DNA of 61,909 bases, filler included, from Hausera hauseri (taxonomy: Eukaryota), in assembly GCA_046269625.1 (NCBI GenBank). It is 11 parts of 11 records of this genome, joined end to end, with 100 filler letters (N's around TTAATTAATTAA, not from the genome) between each part and the next. Parts side by side here need not be neighbours in the genome. Positions count along the whole stretch, not along the records: positions 32,148 to 39,798 come from JBJURY010003124.1; positions 39,899 to 44,951 come from JBJURY010350379.1; positions 45,052 to 51,380 come from JBJURY010112765.1; 8 more parts are not named here. One strand, given 5' to 3'. Positions 38,710 to 51,034 of the stretch are shown one piece after another. The position numbers and the translations under genes were made by a program. Each line of letters opens with the position of its first letter. Positions within the stretch are counted from its first letter, which is position 1. Below the pieces are notes generated by a model. The model saw only the letters and a program-made list of their open reading frames with translations, did not search any database and had not been told where the DNA came from.

Positions 38710-39179
38710 TCAATACAAAGCCGTAGACATCTTTTGTAAGCATAATGCGGTCAATGATCACGATACGGACATCTAATATTGTCAGGTACCATCGCCAGCG
38801 AGCTGTTATATGTTGAATGTGTCGTCATTCGCAACTCGGGAAAGTGTGAATGTAGTTGCGTAAACTTCTGACCGTCAATTTGATCTTTAATGTAAAATAT
38901 TGTATTTTTAATGTTAAAACGATTATAAATCTCTCCCATAATACATGTCACACAGAAAATTGAATTACCTTTATACCTAAGACGTCCCTGATGATGTTGA
39001 AAGAGAAATACGTCTGTAAATTTCGCCTTTTCCATCAGGTAATTCCACACAACACCAGGCTTGAATACGTACACAATCGGTTTGAAAATGTTACCGACGT
39101 CCATAATGCATAATTATTTTATTATGTACCGGGCATTATCAACTTGGAAAGCTTCAATATCTGTAAATCCTGTAGCCAT
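38710..39179 (-). pseudogene. DEDD-like nuclease-fold accessory protein
   Basis: MATGFTDIEAFQV..YIIK*LCI..YVFKPG..W..HHQG..FYIKD..CPYRDH. Shows the D-x-E ExoI-like motif and the FKPP/HG pattern I associate with Polinton accessory ORFs. Confidence 0.55.
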
Positions 39180-39329
39180 TACTTATCATGTACAAAATCA
39201 TTTTTTGCTTATAACACAAACAAAACAAATAACTATTATTATTATTATTATTATTACCACAATCATTAAACATAGGCGGTTTTGTCCATATCACCAAACC
39301 CAAATTCTTTGCATTCATTTTGTGTTGGT

Positions 39330-39735
39330 TCCTTGACACAAAACAATCCCCTCGTTCCGGTGGCATTACATTGAATTCAGCCGCTTCACATCGAAGAAAT
39401 ACAATTTGTGCTATTGCATTGCCTTTCGCAATATCATACAATAATCCGGATTGATTTTCCAGCAACATCTTAATTTCACCACGGAAGTCTGAATCAATGA
39501 CACCGCCCACAACTGTCAGTCCGAGCTCTGCCAGTCCGCTTTTCGATAAAAGTTGGCCGTAGTAACCGGGTGGAATCGCCAATCGAATCTCAGTCGTTAT
39601 GCATTTAATTGTGATATCCGAAATTGTCGTATTAACATTGGAAAACACATCGTAGCCGGCACTGTTTGCTGTAACACGTCTTGGTACAACTGCATTTTTG
39701 TCTGTTAAGATAATCTTTACATTATTCATTATCAT
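39330..39735 (-). pseudogene. dut: dUTPase with a damaged C-terminal motif V
   Basis: SAGYDV; IPPGYYGQLLSKSGLA; GGVIDSDFRGEIK; GNAIAQIVF; ERG. Confidence 0.93.
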
Positions 39736-40619
39736 TATTCTTATACGTATACCAGTATTAAAATTACACGTATATTTATACTCGTTAATTGGGTTAATNN
39801 NNNNNNNNNNNNNNNNNNNNNNNNNNNNNNNNNNNNNNNNNNTTAATTAATTAANNNNNNNNNNNNNNNNNNNNNNNNNNNNNNNNNNNNNNNNNNNNGA
39901 TTTGTTTATTTACTGGAACTATTAACTTCCCTGTCCTTTTTGAACGGAAGATTGAGGTGAGGTAATTTCCTAACTTAGGGTTTTCCCAAACATATGTATT
40001 CTCGAAAACTTCTCTTGCTGGGGCAACTTTGCTGTAAAACATAGCTTCTTTAATTATTTTCTTACTACAATATTCTGTGGATCTTCTTTTCTAAAAGTAC
40101 GTTGACTTCAGTTATTCTATATTCAATAACTTTCTTCTTTACGGACTTTACCTTCTGAGAGGTACTTGGTTCGATTTGTTGATTTTCATATTTTAGCTTA
40201 TCTTTTCTTTCTTTCTTGAATAAGTAGTTGTAAATAGATAGCGTTTTCTTGGGCTGGGGCTTTTCTTCTAATTTATGTTTCTTTATTATTGTTTCTGGCC
40301 TCCATTCTTTTGTGTATTTTTCTAGAGACTTTGGCGCTACATGGAGTATTTTGTTTCCTTTTCCGATCGCTTGTAGGTCACTTTTATCTTCCTCTTGTCC
40401 TTCCATAGGTTTTTGCACTGTGGTCGTCATATTATGCTTGCATGTTGACTGGACAGTTCTGATCGGATAGTAAGGTTTGATATTTCTTCTATATTTTATA
40501 TCTATTTGCTCGGGCTTCAAGGAACTACGTAAATTGTATATGGGGTTTCTAAGGTCCCATTCGTGTTCCAGTTTAATGATTTATAAATTTCTTGCTGATA
40601 TTTGCAGCGTTGGCTAGCC

Positions 40620-41060
40620 GTTAGAAGTCTTTTAATTCTCATTGCTTCGATCATTAACTTGAAGAAGGCTTCTGGAGCGGTCGGTCGATTTGTTCCTTGT
40701 ACAGTTTTCTCCATTCGTTCCTGGATTATTGGGTGGGTGGCCATTTCCCTAATTCCGGCAATTTTTGCATCGGACATTTCTAGTAACACGATTTATCGTT
40801 GTACGTTATATCATGTCAGCATACAGCAGTAAAGACAATAATTCAATTTTGAACGGACTTGTTTAATGTCTTTTCCTCTTATGAGCTGCTCTTTTATTAA
40901 ACCGGTCACTTCTGCATACGATTCTTGGACATGTTTATGGGGTTTATGACTGCAGAGCATATTTCGACCCCATCCCCCTCTCTAATAGATACTTCTATGG
41001 GTATTTCATGTCCATCATCTCCTATGACACAATTTATCGCGATGATTCTTACGTTGCAAC
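40620..41060 (-). pseudogene. DEDDh exonuclease-fold domain
   Basis: RIIAINCVIGDDGHEIPIEVSIREGDGVEICSAVINP..VTGLIKEQLIRGKDIKQVRSKL..LT*YNVQR*IVLL..KIAGIREM; homologous to 1-430. Confidence 0.7.
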
Positions 41061-41149
41061 CATCTTGGATTAGCCTATATGACTGACGGTGTTCATCCTT
41101 TTCTACCTCGTTTAAAATTTGTTCAAATTCTAGGGCTGGCAACCGTCGA

Positions 41150-43300
41150 TTACAATCTTCTCTGCTACTCTAAATTCTAGGCCGTAGTCGATACGTTCTA
41201 AACCTGTCTGTTTATTTTAAATGTACTGAACCGGTATTGACGTCCTTCGTTGGAGTTCAAAGGTTGGTTCTATATATTATAATATAGTTCTCCGTCGGTT
41301 AAGTGGGTATATATGTCTTGAATTTTGACTAGTAAGTTTCGGATTAATTTCTTTAAGGAATATGCTTTAGCCTGATTATCTTCGCGCATTGCGTAAAGGA
41401 AGACTGTGCTATTCTCCTCCGTAATGCCTTTTAGATTATTGGGGATTTCGCTGATTTTTGAAATTTCGATATATGTTTTTGCTTGTAGGGCTTCGGTTAT
41501 CATCCTGTAGAGACTTTGAATTTGGAATAAATACTGTAGTTTGTTCCTGCAAATATTCGTTGATGCTAATTCGGCTATCCATACTTACAATTCTGAAAAA
41601 TAGAAAATAAGGGTCAATTCTATAACAAAGTATTGTTCTAAATCTGAACCAATTCTTTGTTTGATGGTGGAATAACCCGACCTGTAATAGTCAAGTTACT
41701 CCATCATTGATTTTATCCTGTGGTACTATTACCCTTAACTCCCTCTTGGTGATTTTATGACGCTTATTACAGCAGTTTTGGTAATAAATCGGAGAAACGC
41801 AATGAAAGTTACGAGAGCAAACGCTGACGATCTAATGATCGATATTATTGACAAAGTTGTCCATTTAGTTAGGTTTTTTGTTTTAGCAGTAGTCATATTT
41901 TTGCCTTCCGTTTCTTCGTTAATGAGTGGTTTCGTTAAGCCAATTTCGTTTAGGGTCCGTACCGTAAACGTTCTACTTTGTTTGTTCTCTGCACCTATTT
42001 GTATTACGTAGTCTGTTTTGGATTTCAAGTAGGTACATTTGATTTGATAGATACCTTTTGTCAGCGTTACTTTTTGATTATTATGTAATGTTTGGCAGCT
42101 TATTTCTACATCGTAGTTAAGTGCTTCCTTCACAACGAATGTTATTTCATGCTGTTATGTCCAATATTTTATAGGAATCATTTCTAAATCCTTCTGCGGT
42201 AACCCACTTGTCTGGAGGATTTAGATGGAAGTTGAAGTAGTCATATTCCTTCTTGTAATCGTAATTCTGCTTGTTGTCATTTCAGATGGAATTCTTCAAA
42301 TTGGATTTTCCAATTGATAACTTCCTAAGTAAATACTCGACTGGTTCGATAGAATTTCATATAAGTCTATCCGAATTCTATATTTATTTCTCCGAGTTAA
42401 CTTACAACACTTATTCGGCCTTTCGGCGTCGATTTGACAGTACTGTTGATTATGGGCTGCTTTGTCCTCTCTTGTGAATTGAACTGTGATTACTAGTCTC
42501 TTAATTAACCGTCCTTTTTTGTTTATTTGGGTACAGTTGTCCTTTGGATTTTACGTTATACTGGCTATATTTTCTTATAGAATTCGTTTTAATGGGTCTA
42601 TGGACTGAAGCATATCTTCTAGCTCGATATTAAGGTAGTCTCTATAAGTTCGTGGTATAATTAAGTGTGAATCCAGGTTTATTTCGGCGTGTACCTTATT
42701 ACAGTTAGGCAGATATGAACGATAACTGAGAGCATAAGAGTGTCCGTACTCTACGCTGCAACAAATTGTATCGTCATCTGGTTCAAATTTACTATCAGTC
42801 TCTGCTTGGTTAAATAGGTTGTTAAATAGTATATGGATTTGCCCCTCATATGGTCCTGGTATCTTAAACCCGACACATAAGGCCTCTGGCAAAAAATAAT
42901 CTAATTTTATTGCTCGTAAAAATTTTTCGTCTTTTTGTTCTGATTTGCGTCCTGGAGTTTCTTCCCTTGGTGGTGAAGTTTTTAAAGCGATTTTCCAGAT
43001 TCCATATATATTGCTCAACGAAGTTTCATCGACCCACCATTGGGCGTTAGACTTAGGCGTTAGGACAGCAATTAACGATAAGGCTACTATTATCTGTGCG
43101 TAAGGTACCGGTCTTGTGACAACTGACGAGGTCTTGTTTTCTCGCGGTCTTAGATTGTAGTGTTTAGCTGGTCTTATATCTGTTTTAACTACTCTTTGGA
43201 TTGATACGACTTCCGCTTTTCCGTTTTTGTTAACATAGACCGTGGTTGACGTTGTGCGGATGATTTCATATGATCCTCTTCCGGTACGTGTTAATTTCAA
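41150..43300 (-). pseudogene. Integrase C-terminus in frame with signal peptide, ectodomain, FN3-like domain, TM segments and IPNNLKG domain
   Basis: ORF 42575-43300 runs from GSYEII..VSIQRV into YAQIIVALSLIAVLTPKSNA|QWW. FN3-like LKSKTDYVIQIGAEN. TM WTTLSIISII..ALVTFIAFL. EIPNNLKGITEEN at 41426-41446. Confidence 0.6.
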
Positions 43301-46047
43301 GGACGTACATTTTTGCGACTGGGAAATGTATATAAACCAAATTTCCCTTTTTCAGATCACGGGGTTTAATCTTTTTATCATATTGTTTTTTAAATAGTTC
43401 CTGGTATTCGAGTGATAATGTTTTTGCAACTTCTCAACACTTTTGCAATCTTGTCTGTAAGACTTTGGCAAAATTTTGCTCTAGATCTTCGAGGTTATTT
43501 TTGTACGGCGTCATTCCTAGATCTGTTAGTAAGATCGCTTCTCGGCGTACATCATAAAGAACGGTGTAAACCCTGTTGCTGGATGTGGAGTTGTATTAAT
43601 CGCAAACTGTGTCCCTTCTAGGAATTCGTCCCAATCCTTCTGGTCTTTGGCCACTAATCTTGACAGTATACGAATGATTGTTGTATTCATTTGTTCGACC
43701 ATTCAGTTACATTGTAGTGGTACGCGGTAGTGGTTAATCGTTCGATTTCGAATATCTTAGTAATTTTTTCGAATAATTTACTTGTGAAGTTCCTTCCTCT
43801 ATCCATTAGGGTTTGTTCTGGTGGTCCATATCTGCAGATAATTTTCTTTATCACTGCATCGGCTAAAGTTTCTGCCTTTTGATCTAATAGTGACACCAGC
43901 TTGACGAAATGCGTTAATCGATCCACGCATGTTAGAATATATCTGTTATTTTTGTGAGTTTTAGGCAAAGGTCCCACTATGTCCATAGACATAGCTTGCA
44001 TGGGTCTATCTGGTACGTTTATGTGTTTTAGTTCTGCTACGTACCCTTTCGTTTTCCTCTGCTTTGTCGCGCAAACTTCGTAAGCACTACCAAATTCTTT
44101 ACATCAATATAAATGCTTAGCCAATAGTATTTATTTAATATCCTTTCCAAGGTTTTCTTCCAAGACATGTGTCTAGCTAAATATGAATAATGTTCGGCCA
44201 TGAGTACTTCGACACGTAATCCTTTGGGGAAAACTATTAGTTTTCTCCATTTTCGTTCATAATATGGGATATTATTTTGGTTCGATGCGCAACATTTATG
44301 TCCGTGTTTCTGCAGGTGCTTCTTCAGTTGTCGTACTTTGGTCATTTCGCCGTTTTGTGCAAACTCAACAATTTGCAGAATAATCTTATCTTTAGCTTGT
44401 TTTGCGTGATCCCTATCGTTTTATCCAGGGTTAAAATCTTTTGTCGTTCAATTATTTGTTCGATCTGCGTTTTCTTTACCGTGGTGATCCCACTGGTTTT
44501 TGTCTTTAACCTTGATAGTGCGTAGGCGTCGACGTGGTTATTACCTGGTTTGTATTGAAATTCGAGATTTCTTCGATCCAATGGTTTAATATACATGTTG
44601 GGTTATTAACTCGTCCTTTCAATGTCGTGACTGCTTTGTGGTCGGTCACTATTATAATCTTTGTCCACAGGCATAGACAATAAAGTGTTGTAGTGCTTCC
44701 TTTACGGCTAACGTTTCTAATTCGGTAACCCAATAATTCTTTTCTGCTTTCTTTAGTGAGCGTCCTCCATAGGCTATTGGATGTTCTATTTCTTCATCTT
44801 CTCGTTTCTGAGCTTATTCGTAACTTATATCTTCTTTACTTGCATCTGTTTTAATGATGAATGGTAAGTTAAATCAGGGTATTTCCGAACTGGTTCGTTT
44901 GTCAAAAGTTCCTTCATTTCGTCGAATGCTTTTTGCTCCACTTCTGTCCATNNNNNNNNNNNNNNNNNNNNNNNNNNNNNNNNNNNNNNNNNNNNTTAAT
45001 TAATTAANNNNNNNNNNNNNNNNNNNNNNNNNNNNNNNNNNNNNNNNNNNNTTGGACAATAATGTAACAATTTCTGATAGTGAATTATTAGACAAATCGG
45101 AATTTTATGAAACGCATTCGGACCAATTCCTCATATTAAATCAAATATTATGTATGCCGATAAGAAACAACAATAAACAAACGACTAATACTCCATATCA
45201 AATTGAAGAAGAGCTGATCAATAAAACTATGCATAAAAAACATTGTCAAAATTCTTCAGGGCAATTACTGATTGATACGAACACCACTTTTAATCGCAAT
45301 TTGGCAGTCATTTGTGATTTGGATATTCCATCCGATGCCCATTCTTGTACTCATACGATTATACCCGATGATCCCTACGACGATTTCATTTAAAACCATC
45401 CGAGGACAACGAGCCATAACGTTGCCTCACTGTACGTATCGGAACTTTCCAACAAGAAAGAAACACTTTCCGAAGATGAGACCAGTTTGGTTGCCGATGA
45501 CTACTGTAACACGTTACCAAATTCCATATTTCGATGAACACCACATTCACCAGCACCGACACATTCACAAACGAATACTTATTTTTCATTACCTATACTG
45601 TCATAATCCGGAACGAAACGATCACCGGATTTGGATGGAGTTTGCCATCTGTTGAAAAAGATGGATTCGGACTTGGAGAAAATTCAACAAGACGCCTTTA
45701 TGATTATTAATATTGACGATCTCTATTCGGATTCAGTGGCACCGTTTGAAGCGGAAAACCATTCACGAATTGGCGATAGTTGGGACGATATTCCTTTTAT
45801 TGATGATGATGCATGTTATACCGATTCCTTCTATGGTTATTCGAATTATAAGGTGTGGTTAATTAAACATCCACGACTTTCTAAATTTAATGACATATAC
45901 GGAGCACCCGAACAGTCTGCGATAAACATTGGCCATCAAAGATTGGTTTTGGCGACTGCCCCCTCGGCTGTGCGACCAGAACATTATCTGATCGAAAACC
46001 ATGGCGAGTCCGTGATCCGTGCGCCACAACAAGCCTCTGGCATCACT

Positions 46048-46267
46048 CTTCAACCCTTTTTTGTTTTTAAAAATAACACATAATTCTACCATACATACTA
46101 GTAACACAGAGATTACTTACACCCACTATATGTCTCTATCTTCTTTCCCACACACTTCCGACTTTTATTTTTTCGCACCATGGTTCTGTGCTACACCCGT
46201 CTGACTCACTTTCTTCCTTCGCTTCCTTGATCATTCATCTCACCCTTCACTTTCACATCAGGGTGGT
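46048..46267 (+). pseudogene. Ubiquitin-like domain preceding Gag, frameshifted
   Basis: Joined frames give LQPFFVFKN/HNSTIHTSNTEITYTHYMSLSSFPHTSDFYF/SHHGSVLHPSDSLSSFASLIIHLTLHFHIR/GG. The final RGG needs a 1-nt correction. Aligns with 58487-58720. Confidence 0.6.
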
Positions 46268-47324
46268 TCGAACCCTGATTCTTCTGCTGAAAATTCCTCC
46301 AAAACAAGATCTGGTCGTCGCTCTGTTAACTCTGCACAATCTGCTTCTCCTAACCTTCCTTGCACAGAGTTCTTCCTCGATAAAACTAATTCAAGCCGCA
46401 CTTGGCTACAATTTCATTTACAATGGCTTAAAGCCAATCATATTACCGATTCTTTCTTGCACGCCAACAGCTTGTTACTTCTTCTCCCAGCAAATATCAA
46501 GCATCAAATCAATAATCTTACTAATATCCTTACTTCGCCAACACCATATGACATGCTTTATGAGTCTGTTCTTTATATTACCGATCTATAGATTGATAAT
46601 ATAATACAGAAGTACTTCAACGTACATGCTAGAGGCAGTCAAAAACCTTCTGATTTCCTGCAGACCTCTATTTCACACCTAAGTGCTCTTGGCGTTACTT
46701 CCACCAATAATGCGGACTTACTTCGTCGTTATTTCATTTCCTCCTTACCTACTTCCATCAGAGCTATCCTTACTGTCGTTGACGACTCGAAGGGAATCAA
46801 AAAACCTGCCCTATTGGCTAATAAAAGTTTCGAAATCTTGCAACCCAACAACTCACAACCCGTAGCTGCAGCACCACGCATACCTCATCTCATGTAGACA
46901 CGACTGTTTTTGCACAGAAAGTACAATTAATGCAGAAACAATGCAATACTCTACAGCATTCAATCTCCGCCATCACGGCTCAACTAAGTAATCTGTCTAT
47001 GTCTCGGCGAGGCGAGATTCGTGCATCGCGCGAGCGTAGCCTCTCCAGGCACTCATTTCGTTCCAAATCTCCTGGCGGATGAATGATTTGTTTTTATCAC
47101 GAGAAATTTCTTAGAAATGCAGAAAAATGTCTTTTGGGTTGTATATATTATGACGAGCGTTTTGCAGTGGACAGCCCTCTCTGTATTTACCACACAAAAT
47201 TCCACTCTCTAGCCAGATCGTGTGTTCCGGGATGTAAACATTACAAAAACAACTTTAGTTTTTCTTCATCTTCTTCTCCTCCTCCTTCTGTCTACCAGTC
47301 ATCTTCTTTCCCTCCACAATCTTC

Positions 47325-47368
47325 AAAAAACTCAAAAGGCCGCCAGATGTTACAGAACATTCTGGCAT
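47325..47368 (+). promoter_or_regulatory. Gag-Pol -1 ribosomal frameshift signal
   Basis: A AAA AAC in Gag phase, followed by the stem GCCAGATGTT..AACATTCTGGC. The -1 frame is open into the protease motif. Confidence 0.8.
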
Positions 47369-50300
47369 AGGCAATACTGCTCAATCTTCTAGCTGTCTTA
47401 ACACCGACTCCGCAGTTTTTCTGTTAAAAGCTACACTGTTCTCTAGCAATGCTCCACATATCGATTTTCTCATCGACTCAGAAGCTGACTTTTCACTCCT
47501 CCCTTTGGCCTTCGTTCCTACATCAACGGCAGTTTCTTCCCCTCCGCTTTTCATTGCCAGCGGTTAAACTTTGCGAATCGCAGGTACCACGGAACTGGTT
47601 TTTACATTCTCAAACTTACCAGGCAAGTTTGTCTGGAAATTCCACGTGGCCAATAATAAATCGCCAATAATCGGCTCAGATTTTTTGGCCGCACACGACC
47701 TGCTAGTTGACTACAAGTATGGTTGTTTGCTACGTAGAGACTCTGTTGTGAACGTTAGCAACCGTCTGACAGACAGCGCAACAGGCCAATCGTCTGCGAA
47801 CTCACATGTAAATTTGGCAAATTGCTTATCGGTTGATAACGATACATCTAGTAGTTTATCTATTTTCTCAATTACACCTCAAACACCCAAGTCGATTTTA
47901 AAACAATCGGTTAAACCGAATGTTGACGGCGGCAATGTCGTTCGTTCTTCGCCAATCACAGTCACCGCCTCCTCTGATAATACGCCTCAATCATTTTTAT
48001 CACTAGATTCCAATCTCAAATCCTTCATCAATTCTTCTTGTTCTCGCATACTCAAAAATGACTCTAACTTTAAGCCCCTGTCAACAACTTATCACCACAT
48101 TGTCACCCAACACCAAAGACCTATCATACAAAAGATGAGACCATTATCGCCTCGTAGACGAAAAGCCGTGGAATTAGAGTTTAAGGAACTCGAAAAATCT
48201 GGTATCATTCGGAGGTCCAAATCACCATGAACTTTACCATTACATGTAGTAGCAAAAAAGGACGGTACTTTTCGACCATGTGGAGATTATTGTCTAGTAA
48301 ACAATCTAACCATCATGGACGTTTTCCCATTACCGCTCATAAAAGACATCATGCATAGTATTAACAACACCAATACCTATTCCACAATAGATCTGCACAA
48401 AGCCTACCATCAAATTCCCGTTGCACCCAATGACATTCCAAAGACTGCTGTCATCACTCCATATGGCCTTTACGAATACACGTTTATGCCATTCGATTTA
48501 CGTAACGCAGTCTAAACTTTCCAACGCCACATCGACACCGTTCTCTCAGGTCTTGATTTTGCTCATTTCTACATTGATGACATATTAGTTGCCTCCAAAT
48601 CCGTGAAACAACTCCATGAACCCCTCCGAATTATTTTTCACAGACTACATCATAGCAACTTACAAGCTAATTTCTCAAAGTCAACTTCTTTCAGAAACAT
48701 GTCAAATTCTTAGTCCACATTATCACTCCTCACGGCCACTCTCCACAATCTGATCGACTACAGCAATTAAAAAACGTAACACTACCAACGACCACCACAG
48801 ATATGAGAAGTTTTCTTGGCACACTAAATTTTGCCCATAAATACATGTCGCATTGCTCTGAACTTACAGCACCTTTCGTACACCTCTCATCTGGAAAGAA
48901 AAGACAGCTAACCCAATGGACTTCCAATTTAGATACCAAATTCGATCACTTACGTGAAGGCCTAAAAACCGTCGAAATACTGGCCTATTCAAAACCCGAC
49001 GCGGAGCTAATACTTACCACTGATACCTCTTCCACAGCTACTGGTGCAATACTACACCAAATTTCCAACGGCGTCTACGAACCTTTGGAATTTTACTCTC
49101 GAAAACGCAACCAGAAATCCGATATTCTACATTCGATCGTAAGCTACTAGCCATAATTCTAACAGTAAAACATTTCAAGCATCTCCTTCTCTCTCGCCCA
49201 TTTATCATCCAAACGGATCACAAGCCTGTGCTGCACATAATGTCACTAAAACAGTCATCACCGAGGCAGGAACGACAGATATTGTACCTACCTATATTTT
49301 GTTTTGTCATAAAGTATATTTCAGGTACGGAGAATTTTGTCGCAGATTTCCTTTCACGGTCAATCGGCTCAATTACGGTCGATCCAATATTTTCTACCGA
49401 AATTCTAAAGCTCAATCAACTGTCTGCCGATATTCTTAGCTCTTTCAAATCCTTCGAAATCATTGATGGCATTGCATACGACACATCTAACCCGGTAACA
49501 AAAAAATCATTCTCGCTCCTTCTTTACAGAAACCAGCTTTCCTTTACACTCATTCGCTTCATCATCCAAGATCGAAAGCCACGTTTTGTTTGCTCCAACA
49601 TCATGTAGTTTGGCCATCAATGCGCACAGATGTACAGGGTTGGGTTAAGGAATGCGTCGCCTGTCAAAAATACAATGTCAACAAACATCTTAAACCGCCG
49701 CTTTACCATTTCCCATGTACATCACGTTTTCATACCGTCCATTTTGATCTCGTTGGACCCTTACCTTCCGATAACGGGAATCAACATATTTTCACTATGA
49801 TGGATTGTGCTTCTCGCTGGCCTGAAGCCGTTCTTCTCCGTTCAACAAACACTGATTCAGTAGCAGATGCCTTCATCAAAATCTGGTCAGTCGTTTTGGA
49901 TCCCCACGGCATATCATAAAGGACCAAGTTCCGCAGTTCGAATGGAAACTTTTTAAATCGCTTGTGAAACGCTTGGGAATATCACATTTCCATACAACAC
50001 CGTACCACCCACAAGCAAGTGGCCTCCTTAAAAGATTCCATCTAACTATGAAAATTTCTTTAAAAATCCTAGCAGACAATCATCGCAATTGGACGTCTAT
50101 CCTGCCATTTGTTCTACTCGGTTGTCGCAACACTCCTTCTACCACCACGGGTTGCGCCCCAGCCCAAGCACTTTTTGGGACTCCAATACGGGCTCTGTTC
50201 GAACGTTCCGACCTTGACGACAATCCGACAGACGAAAGCATTCGCGCGGCATAGTCGCACTTTGTTGAGGTCAACTCAGACTCATTCTGCCGCTTATTTA

Positions 50301-51015
50301 ACAATAACAAATCGTACATTTCGAAGGATTTATACTCAGCCAAGTTTGCATTGCTGAAAGATTAATCATCTTCGGGCTTTCGACCTCAGTATGTTGGCCC
50401 ATACAAACTGCTTCACCTCTCATCTCATACAGCTACCATCTTACGCCAAGAAAAACCCTACAATGTCCACATTTTAAACCTTAAACCAGCTTTCTTCGTT
50501 GATGACAATCCGAATGCCGATTCTACCTCCAACCCTAACTCAACTCTCACTCCTTCCCTTCCCTCCTCAAACTTTCTCCACGATTTTGCTCCGTTACAGC
50601 AACCATTTTTCTCTCACACTAAATCATCCTCAACTTCCGTACTGCTTACTGAATTTATATCGCTTACTCCGTTTTCTCCGTCCGTCACCTTTCTCCCTCT
50701 TTCATCATCCCCACCACCTTCAGTTTCTTCGCCTTTCATGTTTGATTTATTCTCTTCACCATCTTCAATGCCTGCACCACAAGTAACATAGCACAGTGAA
50801 TCATAAAACCTTACAAAACGTCTACCACAAAATAGCGTTCAACAACCAAGCACAAACCAACCAAATAGGACACGCAGAGTGACATTTAATACCTATAGCA
50901 GGAAAAAATCCGTAGACGGAATACAAAGCCTCATACACACCAAAACGCAATAGGCACTAAACAATTTTAGCGTTTCACCTCCTTCTGTTTCGCTCTACAG
51001 TTTTTCTTCTTCCAC

Positions 51016-51034
51016 GGGGGGGGGTGATGTAGTG
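51016..51034 (+). other. Polypurine tract and start of the 3' LTR
   Basis: G9-TGA-TGTAGTG downstream of integrase. The same TGTAGTG start occurs at 53813 on minus. Confidence 0.75.

Larger units (their letters stand above)
32148..39798. mobile_element. Decayed Polinton fragment: pPolB on plus, flanked by small accessory genes on minus
   Basis: pPolB motifs plus dUTPase, DEDD-like and RING ORFs, each with a TATA-like box. Confidence 0.85.
39899..44951 (-). mobile_element. Degenerate Ty3/gypsy element: RH-IN fused to a membrane-protein/exonuclease-like cargo
   Basis: KTDASKE; EHPIAYGGRSLKKAE; YKPGNNHVDAYALSR; MSMDIVGPLPKTHKNNRYILTCVDRLT; TTAYH; GSYEII. Confidence 0.9.
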
